DNA of 30,679 nucleotides from a virus (lineage: Duplodnaviria > Caudoviricetes), in IMG/VR virus record IMGVR_UViG_3300032218_000576, positions 1-30,679 of that record. One strand, written 5' to 3'. Shown one piece after another: positions 18,199-25,839 of the stretch (positions within the stretch are counted from its first letter, which is position 1; each line of letters opens with the position of its first letter). The notes beneath the pieces were generated by a model that saw only the letters and a list, made by a program, of their open reading frames with translations, was not told where the DNA came from and did no database searches. The translations under genes and the position numbers were made by a program.

Positions 18199-18435
18199 CT
18201 AAAAAGGCGCGTCATCAAATCCATCATTTTTAGGCGCTTGCTGTTCGCGTGGCTCAAAGATGTAAGCCCAACCTGACCAGCCACCATCAATCACGGGGAT
18301 AGAATCAATCTTGATCATTGGGCCTTTTTTGGTTTCAATGATTGAACCGATACGCTGGTAAGACGTCTTTTCCTCGCCTGACTTGTTGGTGTACTTGCCA
18401 GATGCCACTTTGATTTCGTTGATAACTTTAGCCAT
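18199..18435 (-). CDS. Small ssDNA-binding-like protein
   Basis: KYTNKSGEEKTSYQRIG..IKIDSIPV; acidic SSB-type tail FDDAPF; next to the exonuclease. Confidence 0.65.
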   Translation of the reverse strand: MAKVINEIKVASGKYTNKSGEEKTSYQRIGSIIETKKGPMIKIDSIPVIDGGWSGWAYIFEPREQQAPKNDGFDDAPF

Positions 18436-19051
18436 TTTTTACTTTCATTAGTTGTTCAATCTTGTTATCTAGCTCTTTCAGAAAGCTAATAACTTCTTTT
18501 TCTAGCATTGCGCCAAAAACTGGGTCGTATTCCACACGTTTGATAAACAGTTGAAGTTCTGCTGGCAGGCGTGGGTCAAAACTCACAAAGTCGCACCAAT
18601 GTCTGCCTGTGCAAACCATCTGCCATTGCATCTGGGTGTTGTACTTGCTTGGGACTGTTTGGCTTAACAAGGTGTCAATGTGTGTCGCAGTATTGGGACA
18701 CTTGATCTCAATCAATCCTAAATCCCCAACAAAGCCATCAGGCGAGGCGCCAGCAGCTTCAATCGTTGGGTGGTTAACAAACCCCACCTCTGTCACGATT
18801 TCAAACTTAGCGGCCATATATGCTTCTCTAGCCTTGGGTTCTGTATCTGTACCCCATTGCATAGCAGCGTTGCTGAAGCTCTCACCCTTTTGGCCCGTCA
18901 AGCGTTCGCAAATCAACTGAGCCATGTAGTTGTCGCGGCTGGTTGAGTAACCTGTTTTGGTCTTGGCGATAACGTCAGCCACACGGGATGCCGTTACTTT
19001 GCCAAGCCTAGCGGCAAACCATTCTTCAGTTCGTTGTACGATTTCAGTCAT
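18428..19051 (-). CDS. YqaJ/lambda-exonuclease family recombination nuclease
   Basis: QRTEEWFAARLGKVTAS, AMQWG..EP.AR, GASPDG, IEIKCP, QMQWQM. Confidence 0.93.
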   Translation of the reverse strand: MTEIVQRTEEWFAARLGKVTASRVADVIAKTKTGYSTSRDNYMAQLICERLTGQKGESFSNAAMQWGTDTEPKAREAYMAAKFEIVTEVGFVNHPTIEAAGASPDGFVGDLGLIEIKCPNTATHIDTLLSQTVPSKYNTQMQWQMVCTGRHWCDFVSFDPRLPAELQLFIKRVEYDPVFGAMLEKEVISFLKELDNKIEQLMKVKNG

Positions 19052-19365
19052 TGTTCCCTCTCTTTCAACATTGCTTCAGCCGTTTTGTACGGCCCGCAAA
19101 GCGCATAGACAGCGTTTTGCACCAGAGCGTCAGGGTCGAAATCCATTTCTTTGCCGCAGTAAGTTGCACCGCGAATTGCATACCGCACAGCCGCAATAAC
19201 GGCTTCACGATTTGCATGCGTCAATATCGGCGTGGGCAACTCAATCGGCTCATCTTCACCGTCGCGGTATTCGCGGGGAGCATACAACCAATGGTCTTTA
19301 GGCAAGGGAAACGACATAACGCCAAAAGCGCTGCCATCCGGGAGTAGAGTTACTTCGTTGCTCAT
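19048..19365 (-). CDS. Hypothetical phage protein
   Basis: 105 aa; SFPLPKDHWLY, RYAIRGAT..G..DFDPDALVQN; coupled. Confidence 0.75.
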   Translation of the reverse strand: MSNEVTLLPDGSAFGVMSFPLPKDHWLYAPREYRDGEDEPIELPTPILTHANREAVIAAVRYAIRGATYCGKEMDFDPDALVQNAVYALCGPYKTAEAMLKEREQ

Positions 19366-19595
19366 GCTTCCCTCGCTTTCAGCATTGCGTCTGCCATGTC
19401 ATACGAAAACTTTGCAATAGCTGTTTTTCCAACCATGTGGCAATCAACATCAGAAGGATATGTTGCAAGCCACCCCTGCAACGCCTTGGCAGCAAAGTAA
19501 TCACGTGTTGTGATGCCTTCTTCGTGGTCAAAGTCTGGGTTGTGTCGCATGTCGCGCATAGAGGGAAACGCTGGCCCACCTGTTTCTTTAGTCAT
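19362..19595 (-). CDS. Conserved phage protein (GGPAFP...RDYFAAKA...ADAMLKAR family)
   Basis: Widespread early-region motif pattern. Confidence 0.8.
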   Translation of the reverse strand: MTKETGGPAFPSMRDMRHNPDFDHEEGITTRDYFAAKALQGWLATYPSDVDCHMVGKTAIAKFSYDMADAMLKAREA

Positions 19596-19797
19596 GTGTA
19601 ATTTCCACTTTAATGTTTGTCATCATTTCAATCTGCAAATTCATCTTTGCGATTGGCCCGTAAGTCTTGTCAATTGTGGGTTTTAGTTTGTCCCAAAGAC
19701 TGTTTTTCTTATCTATTTCGCTCAATGCAAGCTGGCGCAAAACTTCTTTTGCTTCAGTCATAGCATCACGAATTTCAATCAAGTCTGATAGTGTCAT
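19588..19797 (-). CDS. Hypothetical protein
   Basis: 69 aa helical; overlaps both neighbours. Confidence 0.65.
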   Translation of the reverse strand: MTLSDLIEIRDAMTEAKEVLRQLALSEIDKKNSLWDKLKPTIDKTYGPIAKMNLQIEMMTNIKVEITHD

Positions 19798-20321
19798 AAC
19801 GCCTCCGACAATGCTGCAATAACTTGGGCATCCTGCTCTTTTGTCAAAGCAAAAGTCTCGCGCAGTTTGATCGTGGTGTACTTGCCTTCTTTGATGCGCT
19901 GGATTGCATCACTCAAACGCTTGGCGTCTAACGTGGTTTTTTCTGGCTTACGGCTGGCTGCGTTTCCATCGTCATCTTCTGGTGCAATACCGCAAGCTGA
20001 CATCAGGCTGTATCGGCGGGCATAGGTCAGGGCAGACCCAAACCCTTGGGCGTCTTGCTTGGTTGCAGGGACAAAAAGTTTGCCGCAGTTCAGCATTTCG
20101 CCAGATTCGTGAATAAACACAGTCTCAACAGTCACGCCGTGTTCTGCTTCGTGGAGTTGTTGAATAAGGGCAATGCCGTTATCGTTTAAACCGCCCATAA
20201 CGGCCTCAACGCAAGCGGACAGGTCAGCGTAGCGAGACTTGAAATGCGGGTTTGTAGAGGTCTTTAAAGCTGGCCCAAAGGCCTTTTGTGCTTTGACTAA
20301 TGCTGTGGCAATCTGTTTCAT
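19794..20321 (-). CDS. erf: ERF-family ssDNA-annealing recombinase
   Basis: NPHFKSRYADL, HESGE, QGFGSALTYARRYSL..GIAPEDDDG; start taken at the ATGA-coupled ATG 20321. Confidence 0.93.
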   Translation of the reverse strand: MKQIATALVKAQKAFGPALKTSTNPHFKSRYADLSACVEAVMGGLNDNGIALIQQLHEAEHGVTVETVFIHESGEMLNCGKLFVPATKQDAQGFGSALTYARRYSLMSACGIAPEDDDGNAASRKPEKTTLDAKRLSDAIQRIKEGKYTTIKLRETFALTKEQDAQVIAALSEAL

Positions 20322-20479
20322 AAAACCATCCAAACAATGATGAGGGAAATAAAGCCAAGGACATAAAGAACAACGTCAGCGATGTGAATTGAATCGTCAG
20401 GCTTATCAATTGGGTCGCCCCAAGGATAAAACGTGGCTTCGTCAAGGGTGCGTGGTGTTTCAAAGTGTGAGGGTTTCAT
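20318..20479 (-). CDS. 53-aa membrane protein (MKPSHFETPRTLDEA...VVLYVLGFISLIIVWMVL)
   Basis: Manual translation; ATGA-coupled at both ends; C-terminal TM. Confidence 0.7.
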   Translation of the reverse strand: MKPSHFETPRTLDEATFYPWGDPIDKPDDSIHIADVVLYVLGFISLIIVWMVL

Positions 20480-20712
20480 GCTTGCTCCAGTTTTGAGTCG
20501 TCAAAGTATTCATCGCGGCATTTGCGGACATAGGCAGCGTATTCGCGCTCCAATGATTGAATTACGGTGTCTGACAAGAGGTTGAAGATTTCGCCACCAT
20601 TTACGTACACATGGAAAAGTGACATGGTGTAGTCGTCAAAGTAGCAGATCAGTTCGGCGTCAATGTCGTCACGCTCGGCTGCTACGTATTGGGTAAGGTC
20701 TGGATGGTTCAT
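20476..20712 (-). CDS. First early-left gene, acidic hypothetical protein
   Basis: SD AGGA; VYVNGGEIFNLLSD motif. Confidence 0.75.
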   Translation of the reverse strand: MNHPDLTQYVAAERDDIDAELICYFDDYTMSLFHVYVNGGEIFNLLSDTVIQSLEREYAAYVRKCRDEYFDDSKLEQA

Positions 20713-20756
20713 ATGGTTTCCTAGTTACCGCTTGCATTGCGCTACGGGATGACTGA

Positions 20757-20785
20757 ACTATATAGCAAACTAGACAGGATTGCAC
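20757..20785 (-). promoter_or_regulatory. Leftward early promoter (PL-like)
   Basis: GTGCAA-17 bp-TATAGT on the minus strand. Confidence 0.65.
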
Positions 20786-20811
20786 GATAACAACAAAAAT
20801 ATTTTTAACTG

Positions 20812-20840
20812 TTGCTTTTTTGTCAATAAAACAAGACAAT
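20812..20840 (+). promoter_or_regulatory. Rightward promoter (PR-like) containing an operator palindrome
   Basis: TTGCTT-17 bp-GACAAT; TGTC-N10-GACA at 20821-20838; ATG 6 nt after the -10. Confidence 0.65.
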
Positions 20841-20846
20841 CCTTGC

Positions 20847-21008
20847 ATGGAACTTAGAGAAATTATCAAGAAAGTAGGCTCACAGAGTGAGCTTGCCAGG
20901 CTGTTGGGCGTTAGTCGTGGCGCTGTGTGGTTGTGGAAGCGTGATGGTTTGCCTCAGTCGCGTGTATGGCAGCTTCAATTGTTGAAACCGGAGTGGTTTA
21001 AGGATTAA
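20847..21008 (+). CDS. cro: Cro-like HTH repressor
   Basis: GSQSELARLLGVSRGAVWLW..LP..R..QL; first rightward gene. Confidence 0.88.
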   Translation: MELREIIKKVGSQSELARLLGVSRGAVWLWKRDGLPQSRVWQLQLLKPEWFKD

Positions 21009-21010
21009 AA

Positions 21011-21313
21011 ATGGCAAAAATTTGCCGTGTTTGCAATAGCGACATTGTTGGCAGAGAACATAGCGCAAAACTTTGCTGGCCTTGTGCAGACCCTAAAAAA
21101 AGAGGGGCTACTGATGCAATTAACAAAGTAAAAAAAGCAGTAAAAAAAGGTTTGATTGTTTCAGCTAAAAAATTGCAATGCACAGATTGCGGATTACCAG
21201 CGTTTTGTTATGACCATCGTGATTACAACAAACCATTAAAAGTTGAGCCTGTTTGCCGTGGTTGTAACTACAGGCGTGGTTCAGCAATACCATTAAAAAA
21301 GGAAAAAGTATGA
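21011..21313 (+). CDS. Zn-finger/HNH-like protein
   Basis: CRVC, CWPC, CTDC and DHRDYNKPLKVEPVCRGCN. Confidence 0.7.
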   Translation: MAKICRVCNSDIVGREHSAKLCWPCADPKKRGATDAINKVKKAVKKGLIVSAKKLQCTDCGLPAFCYDHRDYNKPLKVEPVCRGCNYRRGSAIPLKKEKV

Positions 21314-21618
21314 GTTTTGCAGAAATAGAAATAAAAGTCATCCAATGGGGTGAGGCCCGTGGGATTGTGCAAAACAGCAATCCATTTGCTCAGGCAATGA
21401 AAACGCAAGAGGAACTAAATGAGCTGGTTGATGCTATCCAGCAAGGCGACCGAGCTGCTATGGCTGACGCCTATGGAGACCTACTTGTCACGCTTGTAAT
21501 GGGCTGCGCTTGTGCTGATCTTGACCTTGTGAGCTGCTTTGAATTGGCTTATCAAGAGATCAAAGATCGCAAAGGTTTTTTGAACAAAGATGGAATTTTT
21601 GTAAAAGAAGTGGTATAG
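21310..21618 (+). CDS. MazG-like nucleotide pyrophosphohydrolase
   Basis: QWGEARGI, KTQEELNEL, DAYGDLLV, AYQEIKDRKG..GIFVKE. Confidence 0.88.
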   Translation: MSFAEIEIKVIQWGEARGIVQNSNPFAQAMKTQEELNELVDAIQQGDRAAMADAYGDLLVTLVMGCACADLDLVSCFELAYQEIKDRKGFLNKDGIFVKEVV

Positions 21619-21619
21619 T
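21611..21619 (+). promoter_or_regulatory. Extended -10 promoter upstream of the structured leader
   Basis: TGGTATAGT (TGn-TATAGT); predicted start ~21626, at the base of hairpin 1. Confidence 0.55.
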
Positions 21620-21626
21620 TTTTACA

Positions 21627-21732
21627 GAAGGTTTAGGTGTCGCATGTACTAGATGCGGATACATCTAAGCCTTCAATGGCTGACCCTCGATGATTTGTGC
21701 TAGTACCACAGGTTGTCGAGGGTTTTCTTTTT
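21627..21732 (+). ncRNA. Structured leader RNA: two hairpins with complementary loops, the second terminator-like
   Basis: Stem 21627-21645/21653-21674 with loop GTACTAG; stem 21683-21699/21707-21723 with loop CTAGTAC; followed by TTTCTTTTT. Confidence 0.7.
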
Positions 21733-21743
21733 GGATTTACAAA

Positions 21744-22532
21744 ATGGCTGGTGATTGGATAAAACTTCAAAAGGACACGCCTGATAAACCAGAAGTGCTT
21801 GCAATAGCTGCTCGGTTAGGAATTGATCAGGATGCTGTAGTTGGAAAACTTGTTCGTGTTTGGTCTTGGTTTGATACTCACACAACAGACGGTAACGCAG
21901 AGAGCGTTACTTATGCGTTATTAGATCGTTTGGCTGGCGTTACAGGCTTTGCAGAACAGATGGCTTTAGTTGGTTGGTTAAACCAAAATGGAAGCCTTCT
22001 TATCTTGCCAAACTTTGATTTTCATAACGGGGAAACAGCAAAAAAGCGTGCTCAAGGTAAAAACAGACAAGAAAAGTATAGAAGTAACGCAAATGGTGAC
22101 GCAGAAAGTAACGCAAACAGCGTGACTAATCTGTTACCAGAGAAGAGAAGAGAAGAGAAGATAGTTATTAAAGAAGGTAAACCTTCTTTGTCGGGAACTA
22201 CATTCCCGCCTTGCCCTCATTCTGAGTTGTTAAGTCTTTGGGGAAAGCATTTGCCACACTTGACGCAGCCAAGGTCATGGGAGGGGTCTAGGCAGGCCAG
22301 CATGAAGCAACGATGGGTGCAGGCTGGCAAACCATCCGCATATTCGCCAGAGGGCTACAAAACGACCGAGCAAGGCGTAAAGTGGTGGGATGCGTTTTTT
22401 GGCTACATTGCAAACGACACATCTTTGGCTAACGGATTTGAAACCAATGGACGAACATGGCGTCCAGATCTTGAATGGGTTGTCAACGCAGCAAATTTTC
22501 AAAAAATCATTGATGGGAAGTACGCAAAATGA
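21744..22532 (+). CDS. Phage replication initiator (lambda O position)
   Basis: MAGDWIKL..DKPEV..VVGKLVRVWSWFD N-domain, EKRREE linker, C-terminal DLEWVVNAANFQKIIDGKY; internal iterons. Confidence 0.82.
   Translation: MAGDWIKLQKDTPDKPEVLAIAARLGIDQDAVVGKLVRVWSWFDTHTTDGNAESVTYALLDRLAGVTGFAEQMALVGWLNQNGSLLILPNFDFHNGETAKKRAQGKNRQEKYRSNANGDAESNANSVTNLLPEKRREEKIVIKEGKPSLSGTTFPPCPHSELLSLWGKHLPHLTQPRSWEGSRQASMKQRWVQAGKPSAYSPEGYKTTEQGVKWWDAFFGYIANDTSLANGFETNGRTWRPDLEWVVNAANFQKIIDGKYAK
21892..22163 (+). repeat. Iteron-like GT(A/G)ACGC repeats, putative origin
   Basis: GTAACGCA at 21892, 22084, 22108; GTGACGCA at 22096; inverted GCGTTAC at 21904 and 21937; (GAGAA)n tract ~22140-22163. Confidence 0.6.
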
Positions 22533-22765
22533 GTTTCGCTAAACCTGAACCAAAAAACCAAGAATCTAGCTTTGATGAAATGCAACGCCTGATGTGTTCT
22601 GTGCCTGGCTGTCCAAATCGCTGGTCGGTCAAGATCGACAGGCCAATGTGCAGTTTTCATCAATGGGGAACTACTGCCAAACCGAAAAGCGACATTCATA
22701 GCGTCTTAAAAACTAAGCCTGTCCAGCATTGGAACGACCCAGAGCAAGACGAGGGTGTGTTTTGA
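22529..22765 (+). CDS. Small Cys/His protein after the initiator
   Basis: CSVPGC...CSFH; ATGA-coupled. Confidence 0.7.
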   Translation: MSFAKPEPKNQESSFDEMQRLMCSVPGCPNRWSVKIDRPMCSFHQWGTTAKPKSDIHSVLKTKPVQHWNDPEQDEGVF

Positions 22766-22968
22766 ACTACTTTGAAGCCCATAACCGCCTAGACGAAGTC
22801 CGCGAAGGCGCTCAGTACCATATCAACATCATTAACAAAGCTCTAACCTTGACAGGTGATTTAGATGGATTTAACCCGAGCCTTCGATCAACAAGTGGAA
22901 CACATAGCCCAGATGGTGATTCGGGCTGGTTGGGTTCCTTATGCGAAACAGAGAGCCAAGGAACTTGA
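22762..22968 (+). CDS. Hypothetical phage protein
   Basis: TTGA-coupled TTG start; EAHNRLDEVREG..INKALTLTGDL. Confidence 0.55.
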   Translation: MNYFEAHNRLDEVREGAQYHINIINKALTLTGDLDGFNPSLRSTSGTHSPDGDSGWLGSLCETESQGT

Positions 22969-23038
22969 GGAAGATGAATCAGGTCTTTGGGTTGGAATTA
23001 CTGAAAAAATCCGTGAACGGGTAAAGGAGTTATCGTGA
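22865..23038 (+). CDS. 57-aa hypothetical protein (MDLTRAFDQQVEHIAQM...)
   Basis: Manual translation; SD AGGTG; stop coupled to the next GTG. Confidence 0.55.
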   Translation: MDLTRAFDQQVEHIAQMVIRAGWVPYAKQRAKELEEDESGLWVGITEKIRERVKELS

Positions 23039-23250
23039 AACAAGATGAAATTATTTGGCAGAACGAAGTTCTTGAGATGGCTAGACAAGCTGGATTACCA
23101 GCTAAACATCCTGATTGGATTAAGGCTTATCTAGCATTTGCCAAACTGATAGCAGAGCGTGAGCGTGAGGCGTGTGCATTGATATGCGATTCATACGCTG
23201 ATGACCCTGTTTATTGCGGCGAAGCAATCCGAACAAGAGGTGAAGAATGA
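23035..23250 (+). CDS. Hypothetical phage protein (EREACA family)
   Basis: EMARQAG..FAKLIAEREREACA..AIRTRG; SD AAGGAG. Confidence 0.8.
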   Translation: MKQDEIIWQNEVLEMARQAGLPAKHPDWIKAYLAFAKLIAEREREACALICDSYADDPVYCGEAIRTRGEE

Positions 23251-23414
23251 GCAAAGAAGAATTAGTCGCCTTGCTGAGAAGCGTAGGCGTATCTGAAAAC
23301 ACCGTGACTGCAATGACAAATGCCTTTGATATGGGCGTGGAATGGGCTAAAAATGAACGCGAGAATCTGCAACCTGTGCCTTCTGCCGAAACCCCAATTG
23401 GGCGGGAAGATTAG
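23247..23414 (+). CDS. 55-aa hypothetical protein (MSKEELVALLRSVGVSENTVTAM...)
   Basis: Manual translation; ATGA-coupled; SD GAGGTG. Confidence 0.6.
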   Translation: MSKEELVALLRSVGVSENTVTAMTNAFDMGVEWAKNERENLQPVPSAETPIGRED

Positions 23415-23478
23415 GTTTACGTCCGGCGCTAGACGCTGGATATGTGTAACTTGTGCAAAAAAATATGGTTGTTTTTAG
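23353..23478 (+). CDS. 41-aa Zn-ribbon protein
   Basis: Manual translation MNARICNLC...RRWICVTCAKK; two CxxC. Confidence 0.5.
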   Translation: MNARICNLCLLPKPQLGGKIRFTSGARRWICVTCAKKYGCF

Positions 23479-23893
23479 CGTAGAAGGCACACCCGTACCA
23501 AAAGGCAGACCAAGGTTTGCTAGGCGCGGTAGCTTTGTGCAAACTTACACCGATTCAAAAACATTGACTTACGAACAAATTGTAGGTTTAGCTGCCAAAC
23601 AAGCGATGGGAAGCTCAGACCCAATAGAAGTGGCTATATCGCTTTATTTGTACATTAGGCTACCTGTGCCTAAGTCGTACTCCAAAAAGGCCACCAAAGA
23701 CTGTTTAAGTGGTTTGGTGAGGCCAACAAAGAAGTCAGACATTGACAACTTCTCAAAATCCCTGATGGATGGCATGAACGGCATTGTTTACAAAGATGAC
23801 AGCCAAGTGGTTGATCTGCATGTCAAAAAAATTTATTCGGCTGTGCCAGGTGTTGATGTTTGCGTTTTGGAGGAACATGAAATACGACCTTGA
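23465..23893 (+). CDS. rusA: RusA-family Holliday junction resolvase
   Basis: PVPKGRPRF, KKSDIDNFSKSLMDGMNGIVYKDDSQVV. Confidence 0.92.
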   Translation: MVVFSVEGTPVPKGRPRFARRGSFVQTYTDSKTLTYEQIVGLAAKQAMGSSDPIEVAISLYLYIRLPVPKSYSKKATKDCLSGLVRPTKKSDIDNFSKSLMDGMNGIVYKDDSQVVDLHVKKIYSAVPGVDVCVLEEHEIRP

Positions 23894-24278
23894 CACCGAG
23901 CCGCAGGCTTTGGCCTTAATGCGAAACCTTTGGCCCAAGATTAAAGACGCGCTAAACGCTGGCAAACAGCTCACGCTTGAGATAAAGCCAGCCAAGCGAT
24001 CATGCCCACAAAATGATAAGTTTCACGCAATGATTGCTGAAATTGCCAAACAAGCGCAACATTTGGGCGCAAAGTGGTCAGCCGATGATTGGAAACGCCT
24101 GCTGGTTGACTCTTTTATGCGATCAAATAATGAAGTTACTAAAGTTATCCCAAATCTTGATAACAATGGCATAGTTCAGTTGGGTCACCAGACTAGAAAC
24201 TTTACAAAAGAACAAGCCAGCGAATTCGTGGAATTCCTTGAGGCTTGGGCAGCACAAAACGGAGTGACACTTGGCTAA
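23877..24278 (+). CDS. ninB: NinB/Orf-family recombination protein
   Basis: KRS..QNDKFHAMI.EIAKQ, DDWKRLL, TRNFTKEQASEFVEFLEAWAA; SD GGAGG. Confidence 0.88.
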   Translation: MKYDLDTEPQALALMRNLWPKIKDALNAGKQLTLEIKPAKRSCPQNDKFHAMIAEIAKQAQHLGAKWSADDWKRLLVDSFMRSNNEVTKVIPNLDNNGIVQLGHQTRNFTKEQASEFVEFLEAWAAQNGVTLG

Positions 24279-24657
24279 ATACGGCGAAAACAAAAAAAGA
24301 ATCATGGATTTGCTTGAAGAACTTGGCCCAATGACTCGATCAGAGATAGACCAAGCACTTGGAGACATGGAATACCGGCTAATCGCTGCGACCATCACCA
24401 ACCTAAAAAGGCCAAGTCCCCAAAGAGAAAAGCGCATTTACGTCAAAGAGTACGTTTATGACGATGAAGTCAGACGCTACTACCCAAGAGCTGTTTATGC
24501 TTTGGGTAACCTGCCAGACGCCAAGAAACCAAAATCAGACCCAAGGATTGCAAAACAGAAGTATTTAGCTAAAGTCAAAGGCAAATACAAGATGAACAAT
24601 GTGTTTAACCTAGGGTTAACCCGTGATGCCATTTACGAATTGAGGAAAGCAGCATGA
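24271..24657 (+). CDS. Winged-helix DNA-binding protein
   Basis: ELGPMTRSEI..., RYYPRAVYALG; basic C-terminus. Confidence 0.7.
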   Translation: MAKYGENKKRIMDLLEELGPMTRSEIDQALGDMEYRLIAATITNLKRPSPQREKRIYVKEYVYDDEVRRYYPRAVYALGNLPDAKKPKSDPRIAKQKYLAKVKGKYKMNNVFNLGLTRDAIYELRKAA

Positions 24658-25115
24658 GAAAAAAATGTAAGCGGCGGGTCTGGTCAACGGACATAAATCC
24701 GATCGCACACGCAATTTCAGGGGCTGCGATCGCTGACAAAGCCTCATTGGACAAACTCAGAATTCATGAGTTGGGCGCAATTGACGCTATGACCAAAGGA
24801 AAAGGAACTGTGGAAGATTGGCGCTGGCTGGCCGATGTGATGAACATTGCTGAGACGATGGGCGTCAACGGAATCGGGCCAGAAGTCTTGCCACATTGCC
24901 AACTTGCCCAACAAGCCCTGTTTGAGGCCGCTAAACGCTACGAAACCACGGGGAAGATGGGATTGTCAGGGTTGGGAATTAAAGCGATCAAGGACGTTTG
25001 GGAGTACCACGATTTGCAGCGGACAAGCATTTCCAGGTCTGAATATGAGCGCATGATTCAAAAGACCGCTAACTACATCAAGAGCCAAGGCAAGAACGTG
25101 GTGGAGGTTGCATGA
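24654..25115 (+). CDS. Conserved nin-region protein
   Basis: MRKKCKRRVW..NPIAHAI.GA; 153 aa; ATGA-coupled. Confidence 0.75.
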   Translation: MRKKCKRRVWSTDINPIAHAISGAAIADKASLDKLRIHELGAIDAMTKGKGTVEDWRWLADVMNIAETMGVNGIGPEVLPHCQLAQQALFEAAKRYETTGKMGLSGLGIKAIKDVWEYHDLQRTSISRSEYERMIQKTANYIKSQGKNVVEVA

Positions 25116-25318
25116 AATTAATCAAAACTTATACTCGTTCTGAAGTCAAATATCGCAATTTGCCAGATAGAGCAGATCCAGTAATGTTTGTTCGATGGGC
25201 AAATGTTGAGGTTTATCGTCAAAATATATGGTTTTGGGATTGGCTTGGCTTGAATGATAAAGAACTGACACATTGGGAGGAATGGAAAGAAGCCCCTAAA
25301 GATTGGCAAATAAAATGA
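25112..25318 (+). CDS. Trp-rich hypothetical protein
   Basis: 68 aa, AT-rich, SD GGAGG, ATGA-coupled. Confidence 0.6.
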   Translation: MKLIKTYTRSEVKYRNLPDRADPVMFVRWANVEVYRQNIWFWDWLGLNDKELTHWEEWKEAPKDWQIK

Positions 25319-25635
25319 TGATTCCCAAATTCAATTACTTCAGAAGCAAAAAGCACCTGATGAACGTGGCAAGCCTGCCCTGCCAAAATTGCTACATTGA
25401 AGGCCAGACCCAAGCAGCACACTCAAATTGGGCTGAACATGGCAAAGGCAGAGGAATTAAGGCAAGCGATGAGTTCACAGCGGCACTTTGCCAAACCTGC
25501 CATACAGAACTAGACAGCGGAGCTAGGCTAAACAAAGAACAGCGCCGATACCTTTGGGATATGGCGCACAGAAGGACAATCAACCGCCTGATAGAACAGG
25601 GGCTGTGGCCTTCAGAACTTTCGCATATTCGGTAA
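25315..25635 (+). CDS. YbcO/DUF968-like HNH-fold Zn protein
   Basis: RSKKHL..VASLPCQNC..QAAH..GKGRGIKASD...ALC..CH. Confidence 0.8.
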   Translation: MMIPKFNYFRSKKHLMNVASLPCQNCYIEGQTQAAHSNWAEHGKGRGIKASDEFTAALCQTCHTELDSGARLNKEQRRYLWDMAHRRTINRLIEQGLWPSELSHIR

Positions 25636-25839
25636 TGGCGCTGACTTTTGGCTTTGAGCTTCATGCGAACGGTGCATGGGATGAGCGTGGGCCATGTCGG
25701 TTTTTTCGTGTTCTTTCAGCTCTTTTTCAAGTTCAGCAACTTTTCGAGCTTCTTTTTTGAATTCGCGTTCCATCACATAGTGACCGCCTGGCGTGGTTTT
25801 GGCTGGTTTGTGCTGTTTAACTGTGAAGTTGGTAGCCAT
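25612..25839 (-). CDS. Counter-oriented small His-rich coiled-coil protein
   Basis: SD AGGAG 8 nt upstream; extended -10 TGGCATAAT at 25868-25876; fills an otherwise empty gap. Confidence 0.7.
   Translation of the reverse strand: MATNFTVKQHKPAKTTPGGHYVMEREFKKEARKVAELEKELKEHEKTDMAHAHPMHRSHEAQSQKSAPLPNMRKF

Noticed and set aside
20224-20463. 79-aa minus-strand ORF
   Set aside because: Overlaps erf; the 20318-20479 frame is coupled at both ends and fits better
20720-20752. Possible boxB/nut-like hairpin in the leftward leader
   Set aside because: Pairing is weak and imperfect, there is no boxA, and no N-like gene was recognised
21627-21732. tRNA or ribozyme identity for the structured intergenic RNA
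   Set aside because: No cloverleaf, T-loop or CCA, and no ribozyme core that I could recognise; kept as an unassigned structured leader
21690-21743. N-terminal extension of the initiator from ATG 21690
   Set aside because: Lies inside hairpin 2; the family-like start MAGDWIK is at 21744
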